Shown: positions 1 to 11,921, counted from the whole stretch's first letter. The stretch: 62,935 bases of DNA, filler included, from Craspedostauros australis (GCA_030167865.1; 12 parts of 12 records of this genome joined end to end with filler, not necessarily neighbours in it), one strand, 5' to 3'. The notes: generated by a model not told the origin, from the sequence alone. Numbers and translations are program-made.

Positions 1-1020
1 GCTTCAATCTGTTTTGTAGATTCAGTCTCCGACTATGAGTCGGTACGCGAGATGCTCTCTCGCTCCTTTCTGTATTCTCTCTCTGTCGCGACATGGGTTA
101 TAAGCGTTAATTTCTTGTGTTCATGCAGGGCGTGGACTGGCTCCGTGGTTCGATTCCGCAGCGCGCTATTTTAACATGGTAGCGTGGCCTAAGGTTCGAT
201 TCCGTCGGCTGGTACCCACCCCTGCTACNANAAACACACAGAAACACCCGAAACTTGCCGACTGCCTACAGCGGCAGTATAAAGATAGAGTGTGGGGGGT
301 CCTCATGATAGGGGGGCTCAAGGGCATGAATCCAAGAATTAGGGAGGGTGTCGCGATATGGGTTATAAGCGTTAATTTCTTGTGTTCATGCAGGGCGTGG
401 ACTGGCTCCGTGGTTCGATTCCGCAGCGCGCTATTTTAACATCTCTCTCAACACCGTGTGCTCGTGCTACACGATACTCCGTGTTCGATGCGTACTCCGT
501 ATTCGACACTCCGTTCGTTCAGTACTGGCTCCTACTCCATGAGTACTCGCCATTTGAAGTTCACCTTCAGTATTCATGATGCTGATGCCCTCTTCGGTCA
601 TCGGATCTTCGCCTCCTGTTCTGACTTGGAGACAGATGTCCACGTGGTGACATGATGGCATCCTGTCGACGTCAGTAGGTGTCCTTCTGCTCTCCAGATG
701 TCACGTTCCATTGGTGATGCAGTAGTCTGTCAGATGATATCGTCATCTGAGGTTTAGTTGGGAAGTACCTCGAGATTCTCTTGGTATCATTGATGGATGG
801 ACGGACGATCTTCCAATTCTCTCAGAAATCGTCATTTGCAAATTTCCTTCAGAAATCTTGCTCCTTTTCGTGTGTTCCGTCTCCCCTGTAATTCTGACGA
901 ATCACAGCATATTATCGAAACGAATGTAGTTATACCGTCCAAGTGCGTATGAGAGAATAACAGGTGAACGATGCACATATACACGTACATCTCGACATGT
1001 ACTCCCATGTACATCTCGAC
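1..1020. repeat. ~700-bp interspersed repeat, copy A (interrupted by the TRIM, cut by the window start)
   Basis: 1-83 plus 442-1020 align by eye with ~1435-2068 (e.g. CTATGAGTCGGTAC, GTAGGTGTCCTTCTGCTCTCCAGATGTCA, GTGAACGATGCAC). Confidence 0.85.
84..441 (+). mobile_element. TRIM (terminal-repeat retrotransposon in miniature), 358 bp, non-autonomous
   Basis: Two 93-bp direct repeats (84-176 and 349-441, one mismatch) with TG...CA ends. PBS-like TGGTAGCGTGG directly after the 5' LTR (177-187), polypurine tract AGGGAGGG (341-348) directly before the 3' LTR, TCTCTC on both flanks, no coding capacity. Confidence 0.9.
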
Positions 1021-1344
1021 ATATGGGTGTGAGTGTGACACAGTCTTTATGCGTCGGATGACTCAACTTGTTGGTTGCTTGATTCAGGCGCCTCACAGTC
1101 CTCTCAACAACTGAGAATCGACAATTGCAGCTACATGTACGACCTGAGGCCATACGCTGGCGCTGACAAAAGAGGATATTGATATGCGCAAAATACAGCA
1201 TGCGCAGCACATGCTTTGTGTTTTCGAAGAGCGTACATCTGGGATGGAGACAGTGCAATTGGTGATGACATTGGCAATGACATACGCCTGACCAGCGGTT
1301 GTTGGCAAGTTCCGTGATTGGAAGCCTACGATCGTGGAAGACGG

Positions 1345-2068
1345 TGTTGTTGATAGTCGATCTGTTTGCTATTTCATTACGTTAATACTTCAATCCTCTC
1401 GGTGTCTGTTCTCTTGCCCGACGCTCTCGGCGCGTTTATCTGTTTCGCAAATAGGGTCTCCGGCTATGAGTCGGTACATGAGATGCTCTCTCGCTGCTAT
1501 TCGTATTCTCTCTCTCTCAGTATCGTGTGCTCGTGCTGCACGACACTCCGTTCATTCACTACTGGTTCCTACTCCATGAGTACTTACCATTTGAACTTCT
1601 CCTCACGTATCCAAGATCTCGATGATCTTCGGTCATCGAATCTTCACCTTCTGCTTCTGACATGGAGACAGATGTCGACGTGGTGACACAATGACATCCT
1701 GTTGACATCAGTAGGTGTCCTTCTGCTCTCCAGATGTCATGTTCCATTGGTGATGCGATGGTCTCTCAGATGATATCGTCATCTGGAGTTTAGTTGAGAG
1801 GTACCTCGAGTTTCGCTCGATACCATGCGTTTCCATTGATGGATGGACGGACGATGTTCCTGATTCTCTCAGAAATCACTGATTGCAAATTTCCTCCAGA
1901 AATTCCGCTCATTTTCGTGTGTTCCATTTCTGTTGTGATTCTGACGAATCACATTATACTATCGACACGAATGTAGTTGTTCCGTCCAAACATGTATGAG
2001 AGAATAGCGGGTGAACGATGCACGTATACACGTACATCTTGACATATACACGCATGTACATCTCGACA
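1345..2068. repeat. ~700-bp interspersed repeat, copy B (same orientation as A)
   Basis: Collinear with copy A and with the reverse complement of 2917-3680. Left boundary is approximate. Confidence 0.8.
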
Positions 2069-2916
2069 ATACTGTTGTTCTTGTCCATGCTTGTGCAAAG
2101 TCATACCTATACCCGCATCTCTTTCTCTCTTCGCTGCTTGGTTGGTTGTGTGTTGTCGTTGCTGTTCGTGTAGTTATCATTTCATTCTTCAATATCTTGG
2201 ACATGGAATCCATCAAGAGTAGTTCATATCTCGCCCAACTTATTGGCAACACCAATGGTGCCCTTGGTGTATTTGAATTTGACACCATGATCTTCCTTTT
2301 TCTCGTATTGATTGCGACGACTATCGAGTGCCGCCATCGTGCCAGGCAAGAATTCTGACTCATGAACTGGTTAAGAAATGAATGGCGATCTCCTCCTGGA
2401 TGCACGGTATGCCTGGTTTGTCTCCCTTTGGATTCGTTTTCATTCCAATTTGAGACTCCTTGAACTCCTTGGGGAGCTTCTCCTTTCTACATGTCTCACA
2501 GGATGAACTCTTCTTTCCAACGGAACGTGCACAAGCTTGTCGTATGCCCTGTTCTTGTTGTGTTGGACCTTGAACATGTTGGTGTTGGATCCCTTCAAGT
2601 AGTATGTGGCATGAATAAAGATAGTTTGCAGTGTTTGATCCTCCAGCTCTGGCTTGTCTGCATTCTACCTTGCACCAATGAAGGACACAATTCCATCTGC
2701 CAGATTTTCTTTGCCTTTGGACACGGTTCCGAAGGCTGGGGCGAAGTGCTCTGCTTTGGAATTCTTGTTGCGTCTCATTGGGGCAAGTGCATGCACCAAG
2801 TCGATGTCCATGATAACCATCTCTTTGTTCTTGTATGACGCTACTGTGGCATCGATGTCATTGCCACGTTTACCAAGATCGGCGAGAGCTTCGAGAATCC
2901 TGTTCTTGCCATTGCC

Positions 2917-3680
2917 TGTCAGAATGTGCGTATGTGTATGTGCATCGCTCACCCGTCATTCTCGTATACTCTTTGCACAAATAGTGCAAATACATTCATG
3001 TCAATAGTGATCTGTGATTGTCGAAATCACATCACGAATTCGGACACACGAAAGCAATCGGAATCTTGGAAGGAAATTCGTGAACAAACATTTCTGAGAA
3101 CATCAGGAATCCTGCCTGTCCATCAACCAACAGAAAACAGTTGACATCGAAGAAGAATCGATGCAATTCCCAACTAAACCTCAAATGACAATATCCTCAC
3201 CAGACCATTGCATCATCAATGGAATTTGGAATCTGAAGAAGTATGGAACATGACAGCTGATGTTGACAGGATGTCATCATGTCACCACATGGACAGCTGT
3301 CTCCACATCAGACCAAGAAGGCGAAGATTTGATGACCGAGTGACATCAAGATTGCGGATATGCAAGGAGGAGTTTGGACGAGACATTGGTGATTACTCGT
3401 GGAGTAGTGGGCCAATAGAGGATGAGATGATGGAATGTGTATCGAATATGGAGTACATGTCGAGTCCGGAATATTGCATGGTACGAACACACAATATTGA
3501 GAGAGCGAGAGAGAATACAAGTAACAGCAAGAGAGGATCTTGTGTGCCGACTCATAGTGAGGTGGACCAACGGAAGACACCAAGAGCATCGGACTTACAG
3601 CAGAGACTCCAAGGTAGAATCAGACTAGCAACATAATGAAATAGCAGAAGAAACCATAGCAACCAGCACCACCACTAACA
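2917..3680. repeat. ~760-bp interspersed repeat, copy C (inverted, more diverged), possibly an old solo LTR
   Basis: Reverse complement shares blocks such as TGCTATTTCATTA, CTATGAGTCGG and CGATGCAC with copy B. Ends read TGTCAG...CTAACA. No TSD found. Confidence 0.65.
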
Positions 3681-5056
3681 CTGTTGTATGAAATCACAAG
3701 AGTATCCATGAGTGGAACTTGCCTATAGGCAAGTCATCCTGATCAAGGTGGAGGCAAAGGCAGGCATAGATGAAGTTCTGGCTGCCTCTTTCCACATTGT
3801 GGTTTGGATCATTGTCTTGCTGGCTTCTGTAGTCTAGACATTTGCTCTTTGTTGGCTGATCATGATTGGCTCTCAAATGTGTTTGTAGGTGTTGATAGGC
3901 AGACTTTTTCTCTGTTTGATGGATAGATGTGTGTGTATGACAGGTATTGTCCTGAAGAAATTGCTGTTGGAGATGCGACAGAGCTGCAATTAATTTGTTT
4001 CTGCTGGGAGGGAAGGGAATGTTGCTATTTTCAGTCTCCAGACACCTGGATGACCATGGGCAACTCCAAGTGTAAGTGCCAATAAGAGAATGCATGGAGA
4101 GGCCATCCAGATATTGGGTGGGGGAGTAGAGTCGTTGAAGACTTCATCATTTCCTTCAGTTGGTGCTCTTGGGTTGTCTTGGGTTTCCTTGCACTTGGGC
4201 ATTTGATGTGTGCTCCTGAGCATGTTTGGGTGATTGTGTTGATGTTGATGTTGCGCTTGCGAGCGTGTGTCGTTGGATGCGGTGATGTGTGTGTTAATCG
4301 TCAATTGTTAACATGAACGTTCACAACATGATTCAGTCGGACGCGTCGATGCAAAATACTACTCGTTCCCATTCAGTGATGCAGGTGATTGTGCTCGTCA
4401 TATTTGGACAACAAGACAACAGTTGGCAAACAATCCAGATCGAGTATACACAGAAAAGCAACATCATGCAGAGTAGAATAGTAGAGTGTGAGTAGAGCAT
4501 GCAGTGCATATGATGTTGTGATGAATGTAGAGGAGTATGACGCAAGGTCACTAAGCAGAACCGCGCGTTGCAAAACGGGAATGAAAGCGAGCATCGAACT
4601 GGCGCAAAAGGATCGCATGAGCAACGCCAGACTCTCCGCCATGTTGTGTGGCGACACGCGATGCAAAACGCAAATGCAGTTGATTTCATTTCCATCGCAC
4701 GACGAGCGTCCCAAATGCACATTCGAAACGGATTGGCAAACCTGCTTCTGCGACCCAAAACAAACGTGAGAATCAGTATCGATCTGGACCAGCTGGGATG
4801 AAAACATCCAATAAAACGTCTGTCCAACCACTCGTGGGCTTGACGACGTCACTCAACATGGAACATGCGACATCACATCGCACTTAACGACAAGAAGAAA
4901 CAAGTCATCACAGCTTCGACTGAAATTAACGTCCGTAACGTCCAAATCAGCACGTGATTTTGTTCCAAATCAAGGGTCCCACCAAGCAAAACACAAAGAA
5001 ATCGAAAACCAGACAGAAATGGGTTCCACGTGTCGTGACAAGAGCCCCTCAAAAAG

Positions 5057-5156
5057 NNNNNNNNNNNNNNNNNNNNNNNNNNNNNNNNNNNNNNNNNNNN
5101 TTAATTAATTAANNNNNNNNNNNNNNNNNNNNNNNNNNNNNNNNNNNNNNNNNNNN
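5057..5156. other. Artificial contig linker (first of 11; others at 8688, 19908, 21277, 22662, 24538, 26530, 52814, 55673, 58320, 59802)
   Basis: 44 N + TTAATTAATTAA (stops in all six frames) + 44 N, identical each time. Confidence 0.98.
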
Positions 5157-5372
5157 CTAGGACCTCATTCTTCGTGGCCAGATCCTTTGGAGTGTGTTGT
5201 AAGTGCGCGCCGGGTTGTATTTGATTGTGATTGACGTTTTATATGCACATTTTGACAATCTACTGTACAGTATGGTGCGTAGCTCATAGTACCGTCACCC
5301 ACACGACATGATATCTAGATTCTCAGATATGGATGCCTTCCAGATGGACTGGAGACCTCATACTTCGTGGCT
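5157..5372. repeat. ~193-bp tandem-unit repeat, also present at 22762-22990
   Basis: GACCTCAT.CTTCGTG recurs at 5161 and 5354. ATTCTCAGATATGGATGCCTTCCAGATGG and TTTTATATGCACATTTTGACAATCTACTG are shared with 22762-22990. Confidence 0.8.
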
Positions 5373-7055
5373 GTACTCGCTGAGGTGTTCTCAGAGTGGT
5401 GGAGTTGTTTTAATCAAGTATGCTCGACATTTGGTATGCACATATGACCAACATAGTACACACAGTGACCGAACGGTATCATGAGAACTGGCTATATGAG
5501 ATTTATCACTCGTTGCAGCTGGATCTGGACCGTCCCAAGGTAGGTACATGCCCATGACCGATATCAGTATGCAATATAGTTGGTTTAACCCTCTCCTCGT
5601 CTTCCGCAGAACAGGATTCATCAACACCATCAAAAACTGGAGTACTCTACACTACTAGACAGGGACACGGTTGATGTGTTTACTTCACGGCTAAATTAAT
5701 ATTTTCGATGTTGTCGTAGAGACACGCCGGCCATTTCAGTCATCCAATCATCGTGTCGGGCACCAAAACGACCTGGTTAGTGGACTTTGGCCTCCAAAAC
5801 GACCTGGTTAGTGAATTTTCTCCATTTATAATTGTGTGTGACCAAGGGTTGCTGCTTCCTGAATCGTCGCTGTTTCGGACGTATTTGTGGTTTCGTCCTT
5901 TCGCTTCCATTTCTTTCGTGACGTGGTTCTTCATGACTCGACTCGTGAATCGATATTTGTCGTGTGACCCATTCAAGGTTCGCAAGTATCTTTCTGCGGA
6001 TTTGACCTAGAAAAACGTGATATGACTAGACAAGATACGGCGTGTTGTCCATTAGGGCTGGACATATCTAGTTAGATTCTACTCTAGAATGACAATAGAT
6101 GAAAACAAGGAGACAAAGACGGTATCTTCGTTTGTTGAGGCGTTAGTTGGGGCGCTGGCAGTGATTACGTACGCAGTAGCAAAGGCCACGGTGTCTTGTT
6201 CCCATGATGTTCTTAGTTTCCTCCCATTCCACGGCTTTCCCCATCGGGACAAGTTGCAGATGTTCGCGATGAAAGGGCCATGTTCACTCGAACTGATCAT
6301 GAGCTACTCCGGGTGATACCGAGAGACACATGTCCCGGTTTGCCAATATCGTGTTTTGTGGGGGCGACGGTACGAGATGACCCCCAAATACGAGGAATAC
6401 AATTGCTCCTGTCATGACAAAGGCTTCAAGAGTTGAGGATGCTGCTGCGGAGCGGCGAAAACCCCCATTTCAATGGACCAAGCCGTGGCTGGGTGGTGCA
6501 AGTGCATGGGCCGTCTTTCTTGCGAGGAAAGTGGCAAAGACCATCAGCCAACACAGAGAGACCACAAGCGACGCGCTCGGCACGCAGTTCCCGGGGGGTA
6601 CCGATCCACGTAGGCCTCAGTTCGTTGTCGGGCATTTGGTATTCTTGGCGTGATGGATAGTAGCAGTAGTGCTCTATTGTTACGAAAAGGGGGAGTGGGT
6701 CCAGCCACCTGACTGTGATCGATTCACTCGAGTGGATACCGTAGGTAGTCCCAAAATCCAAGGGGATCCTGAGAGTTCCATCTGCATCACTGCCTGCATA
6801 TCGAGTCCAGTCCCGATTCATCTTCATATAGCAAATGCTATCTTGCAAGAAGCTTATCCATTTGGATATGGGGTGCCCGAAGCAAAGTGCTCGCGACCTG
6901 GGTCGCTGCCACATCCCAAAGTGACGTACGTCACTCAGCCTCTCACTTGATCCTGCAATGCCGATATTCCGAGAACCGCTTGTCGGTTGAGTGCCGAAAT
7001 CCTTCCCCCTCCGGGTCCCAGCTGCTTTCCCTTCTTCGTTCGGACGCCAATCCGA

Positions 7056-8612
7056 TCAAAGGGCAGCGGAATATCGTAGCAGGGACGGCAGCATCTGCAT
7101 GACGTCCCCGTAATGTTGTTGCATCTGCAACCTCGGCTGCCTCCCAGCCGCTGCCTCAAATCGACGCCATCTGTTGTTCAGGTCAACGTCGCGCTCATCT
7201 ACCTTCTGGTTGATGGCCTGTGTGTTGGAGCCTCTGCGAAAGCTCCGTCCCACTGCGTACTCCTCAGTGACATCGAGATGCAATGGTATGAGATCTGGTC
7301 TGTCATCCTGGATCTCCAAGAGGACTTCATGGATCTTGGGTTGAAGTTTGACCGGCTTGATTCGATCTCCCATCGAGGATCGAAAGACAGGTCCATCGAT
7401 CACTGTTCGCTTCTCGTACCAGACCAGCATTCGATCCACCCATGCCGCTGGTTTCAAGCCGGAGCGAGATTCCAGCGCTATTGGCATCAAATGGTATTTC
7501 TCTCCAGTCTCCGTCTTGAATCGCCCCAGCAAGGCGATGACCGTGTGTCTCAAGGTTGGGTCCCTGTGGTTCGTGCCCATGTTGTGGTGCTTCCGCATTC
7601 CCACGAGATCGCACAGCACCACTTCTTCTGCTCTGAGTCCACCCATGAAAGCGAGCACCGCAAAGAGTGCCGGGAACAAGATGTGCTCCATGTCCGAGTC
7701 CGACCACCCGTTCGCGATGCCTTCACACCATCTGTTCTCAAACCGAGCCATGAGCTCGAGCATTACTCCGATCGAAATAGCCAGGTCAGGGCAGGTTTTG
7801 TCTCCCATACGGCTGTGCATTCCCCTGGTGAAGCGCTCAAACCATACCCTGCTGGAGGGACTGGTCGTCATCTCGAACTTCTGGGCTTTGCGTACCGCTA
7901 CTGTCTGTGCATCTGCACTGTTGGCAGAGGCCTGCCAAAGGTTGAAGTAGGATGATCTCATCTTCCGAACCGTGTTGAACTGGACCGTTGGCTCGTTCTT
8001 TCCTGTGTCGAGCGATCTGTAGAGTAGATTCACCGCAAGAAACATGCCGATCTCGTCTTCCACTTTCGTTGGGCCCAGAGGTGGGAGATTGTATGTTGGT
8101 GACAATCCCAGTGCACTGGACTGCATGACCATCCGGTGTAGGTGAGACCAGTTCCGTGCCACGGTGGAGCTCTCTCGACTCCAGAACGCATCGAGGTTCG
8201 CTCGCTTGATGAACTTCATGAGAGCGGAGTCCTTTCCGCTTCCCACCACTGGATCCCTCTGTTGCAAGTTGCGGAAGTGACACAGCTCGCACTGGAAGCT
8301 GAGCATAAGGTGGTCCCCAAGGCGGGCGTGCTGGAAGCGGCGTTCGTCCAGCTTGAACTGCATGACATTGCCATCTTCGTCCACTGGTCTGCGGATCGGG
8401 AACGTGTCGTCGCCAAGGAGATGGTAGCAGTTACCGCACCATGTCCCACGACACTCGCTGTCGAAGCCTCGCTTGTGACAGTAGTTCGCGTAGAACAGCC
8501 CTGCTCCCTTCCGCACCTGTCTCCCACACTGCTTGCAACTCCCGCTTAGCTCGTGAAATGGTGGGTGAGTTTTTGTATTTCCAAGGGGAAGTTTTGCTGA
8601 GAGGAAGAACAA
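7056..8612 (-). CDS. Tyrosine recombinase of a DIRS/Ngaro-like (YR) retrotransposon, with a Cys-rich N-terminus
   Basis: 518-codon ORF with YR catalytic motifs in order: GGLRAEE (Arg), RFKTE (Lys), GRSFRRGS (HxxR variant), NNRW, QQHY (Tyr). N-terminal CKQC...YCH...CRGTWCGNC and FQCELCH. True start codon uncertain. Confidence 0.85.
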   Translation of the reverse strand: MFFLSAKLPLGNTKTHPPFHELSGSCKQCGRQVRKGAGLFYANYCHKRGFDSECRGTWCGNCYHLLGDDTFPIRRPVDEDGNVMQFKLDERRFQHARLGDHLMLSFQCELCHFRNLQQRDPVVGSGKDSALMKFIKRANLDAFWSRESSTVARNWSHLHRMVMQSSALGLSPTYNLPPLGPTKVEDEIGMFLAVNLLYRSLDTGKNEPTVQFNTVRKMRSSYFNLWQASANSADAQTVAVRKAQKFEMTTSPSSRVWFERFTRGMHSRMGDKTCPDLAISIGVMLELMARFENRWCEGIANGWSDSDMEHILFPALFAVLAFMGGLRAEEVVLCDLVGMRKHHNMGTNHRDPTLRHTVIALLGRFKTETGEKYHLMPIALESRSGLKPAAWVDRMLVWYEKRTVIDGPVFRSSMGDRIKPVKLQPKIHEVLLEIQDDRPDLIPLHLDVTEEYAVGRSFRRGSNTQAINQKVDERDVDLNNRWRRFEAAAGRQPRLQMQQHYGDVMQMLPSLLRYSAAL

Positions 8613-8687
8613 GGAAGAGTGTGAGGGGTTCGAGTTGTACAGTATCCCACCAGCTGGCCATTCCTGCCTTCACCATCATGTCGAAAT
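8431..8687 (-). CDS. C-terminal fragment of the upstream pol-like ORF of the YR element (cut by the contig end), overlapping the YR ORF
   Basis: Frame open from the contig edge. W-x4-EPL...P...PW...L..VW...LR.L pattern resembles, from memory, the tail of RT/RNaseH ORFs preceding YR in diatom elements. Overlaps the YR ORF by ~180 nt in another frame. Confidence 0.6.
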
Positions 8688-8787
8688 NNNNNNNNNNNNN
8701 NNNNNNNNNNNNNNNNNNNNNNNNNNNNNNNTTAATTAATTAANNNNNNNNNNNNNNNNNNNNNNNNNNNNNNNNNNNNNNNNNNNN

Positions 8788-9313
8788 CTATCATTCCCAG
8801 GTACTGAGCGTGACTCTCAATGACTCAACGGACAAATACAGCCTGGGGGATGCGGGTAACCACTAATAGATTGGCGAATCAGTCAGCACCGCGTCCGATC
8901 GTCACGATCATGCAGCGGTCAACCTCACCAGCGGAAGAACAACCATGAAGATGTCTGCTACCGGGCCCTCCTCAACTCGAGCACCATCAAACGTGCATCA
9001 TCGGTCAGGCCAATCCACGTTCGGGATAGACTACCGTTGTTTGAATAGTCAGACATGAACATACACGTACAGTTTTCAGAAGTATTACCTCAACTCTTCA
9101 CGTCTAGCAACAATGTCAATGAGCGCAAATGAAGATGTTACCAATCTATCTTGCAGTCTGTGTGGTTGCATACATGTGCTATCGCATGTCTAGCTTGGTG
9201 TCTCAAAGCCATGTGTCTCGAAGATAGGAAAACTGGCAGGAGCGAAAGCAGTGACTGGGTGTCTCTTGCGAAGCAGTACTTCGAACACAACCATTGCACT
9301 CTGCGCATCTCTT
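8788..9313. repeat. 526-bp segment duplicated in reverse complement at 20008-20533 and 21377-21902 (contig overlap)
   Basis: Apparently identical sequence lying at contig ends; the same 71-72 aa ORF appears three times in the ORF track. Confidence 0.95.
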
Positions 9314-11921
9314 CGAACACCCAACACGAAACAAGTGATCCTGGAGGAGGGGCTATGTTGAGGTGAACTGTTCCGCGCGAGGGAAGAGAGCCCCTCGTTT
9401 CCGACATGTCGCTCACATTGCGCACCACAAAGAAGAAGATGACGCAATCATGCCTGATAATCAATGATCACGAGTTCAACTCGTCTCGCATGGCACATAG
9501 CCGCGGCTCAATGCTTCTGTGGACGACGAATGCCGGCAGCTTCCTGTGCTCGTTCGGTCCAGATGATGTGCCGACGTTTCCCAACCAGGCTGAGCGCAAA
9601 GAGAACTTCTCCCCATTCGTGCGAGTCAGACTCGAGATGACAAGTGATCGGGCGACGTGCGGGAATGACCTGCTCCCACATCAGTGACTGCGAAAGCAAC
9701 GTGAAGGCCGATGCGATCTGCATCATCGTTCGCGCTGGTGGACGCTCACTGTGTCATTTCGAGTCATGTGACGCCACTAACCTTGCGTGTTATCTGCGTA
9801 GTCAAACAATTAATCGCATGGATCGTGGTGTGGACTCACATGACGACTCCTCATGCATTGTGACGTCACAGAAGGCATAGTTGTTCCACCATCTCCTGTT
9901 GCTGTAGGACAAAACACTCGTTCTCATCAAGATGAAGAAATCGCTTTCGGACATTTGGACAGCCAAGCCGCCCCGTGTATCAATCATCGTACTGGCGAAT
10001 ACCGCTTCGAAGTTCACGCCAACTCCATCCACCTTCTCTTCCTATCGCCCTTGCCTCAGTTTGCAAACGGAGCATGTCATGTCGCATTCGGCGAGCGGGA
10101 TGTGTCTGCTCGCGCAGGCTATTCTGGTCAGGACAGACGTGCTTCCTGTACCACAGAGTACGCGCGAGGCTTTGCCCTCTACCTGCGTTCGGGGTTGCGC
10201 TCACTGTTTCCGCTGTTGAAGCAAGACTGCACAACGAAGATCAAGCCCAGAAAACGCGTACCTGGGCGATTGGCCTCGACACCGATGGTGGCAACATGTC
10301 CAAAGACACCCAGCCAAAAATTGATGGCGCAGACGCTGGCTAAGCCCCGTCGAGCTGTCCTGCACTGGGCAATCAATGGCAACAGAAGTAGCTCCTAGTG
10401 TTGATAGCCTCGCCCACGGGACGTCGATCACACGTCTACAGTAGTACCTTTGTGTTTTGTGATGCCAAGCGCACGGACTAAATGGACTACTAAGGCAGTC
10501 CCATTGGAAAACGACGCCAAAAACGTATTTACCGCGGTTCCCAAGGAATCTTGCACGCATCAACGTGGTGTTCTCATCGTGACACCTGGCGTCACGAAAT
10601 GTCCGTCGTCACGTCACATGAGTACCGCATGCGTAGACCTCGTGCGTGCAGCAAATTCTCCATGCTTGAAGAACATCGCGTCAACTTCTTCGGCCTTCGC
10701 CAACATGTATGTTGCCGCGCTCCATCTGCGTTGATCAACGCCAAACACAGAACAACAATCCCACGGTCAACACGATCCCCCGCGCGACACAGCATCCCTG
10801 TGGCCTGTTCTGTTCTGTTTTGTTCTGTCCACTCGCAGTCGATTGGCTCTCGCCTTGGTTCTGCGAATGTCGGCGGCAGCATCAAGAAGAAGGAGCAATC
10901 AAGAAGGAGCAATCAAGAAGAGAGAGGAACTGAGAGTGCAACAACACCAACAGCGGTGGCATCCACATCAACAACGAGAACCTGACTGCCGACCACGCGA
11001 CCTGGACATCCATGCCCAACCATCCGCAACTCCAACAGCATCCATCAACTGTGTGTACTCGCGGAATCGAACACAGCACACAGTTTGGTTGATAGCTCGC
11101 TTGTTGGTGGGTCAGTCGGTTGGTTCTTTGGTTTGTTGGTTCGTTGGTTGGTTCAGTCCACATGCTCTCTGGACAGACAAGTGCAAAGGTCGCGCCATAC
11201 CACACGATTGCACCCACGCTATCATACGACTACTCATCCCACACGTTTGGCCAAGTTCGCACTTGTGCCCATCGATACATCACATCAGAAATCAAACATC
11301 ACGACGTCCACGTCTCCGTCCGCAGTCCAGGCCGTCTGTGTGCGCGCTTCTTTCTGCCGGAGACATCGTGTCAACTCCTGCTGTCAAAGGTGTTGACAAC
11401 TTGTGTCAGCACACAAACACGGACCATAACCGCGATCTCGTCCACCATCATCCATCCATCACAGCGCCAATACGACTCCATTCCACACAACGTTCCGTCA
11501 CGCAGCACCATACGATACATTACGATTCATTACATTGCGACTGCGAGTGACCGACCGATCGATCTGCTACCCTGGTTCTGTGACCTGCCACCGGAGTCAT
11601 CAAGCGACGATCATTCTTCACGGATTGGCTGATTGATTCAGTGAGTGATTGACCGGTGCGTCATTCTTCTCCTCCAGGCCCACACTCAGACTCATACTCA
11701 GACGCGTACGCATACATGGACATTGCTACCTCGGGGACATCACAAGGAGACACAACATCACCTCGCCATCATAGAACACAAGAACCCACGCATTGCAGCA
11801 TTGCAGCACATCGCTATCGAACATAACACAACAACAACGACGACAAGGACGACAACAACGACAATCCAAGCTATTATCCTCTACCAAACTACACGCATAA
11901 AGACGCTACAAGACCAGAACC

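Noticed and set aside
129..215. GGTTCGATTCC motifs as true tRNA genes
   Set aside because: No D or anticodon arm can be built; treated as part of the TRIM.
6426..6914. 162-aa ORF downstream of the tyrosine recombinase
   Set aside because: Non-ATG start and no motif; probably the non-coding terminal region of the element. I could not identify split or inverted terminal repeats by eye.
9400..10760. Possible decayed transposase on the minus strand (RRWSAATYML recalls hAT 'RW...Y.ML')
   Set aside because: Many stops and only one weak motif; cannot be supported without a search.
10843..11632. Several 100-235 aa ORFs
   Set aside because: Low-complexity leader-like sequence, no domain, overlapping in many frames.
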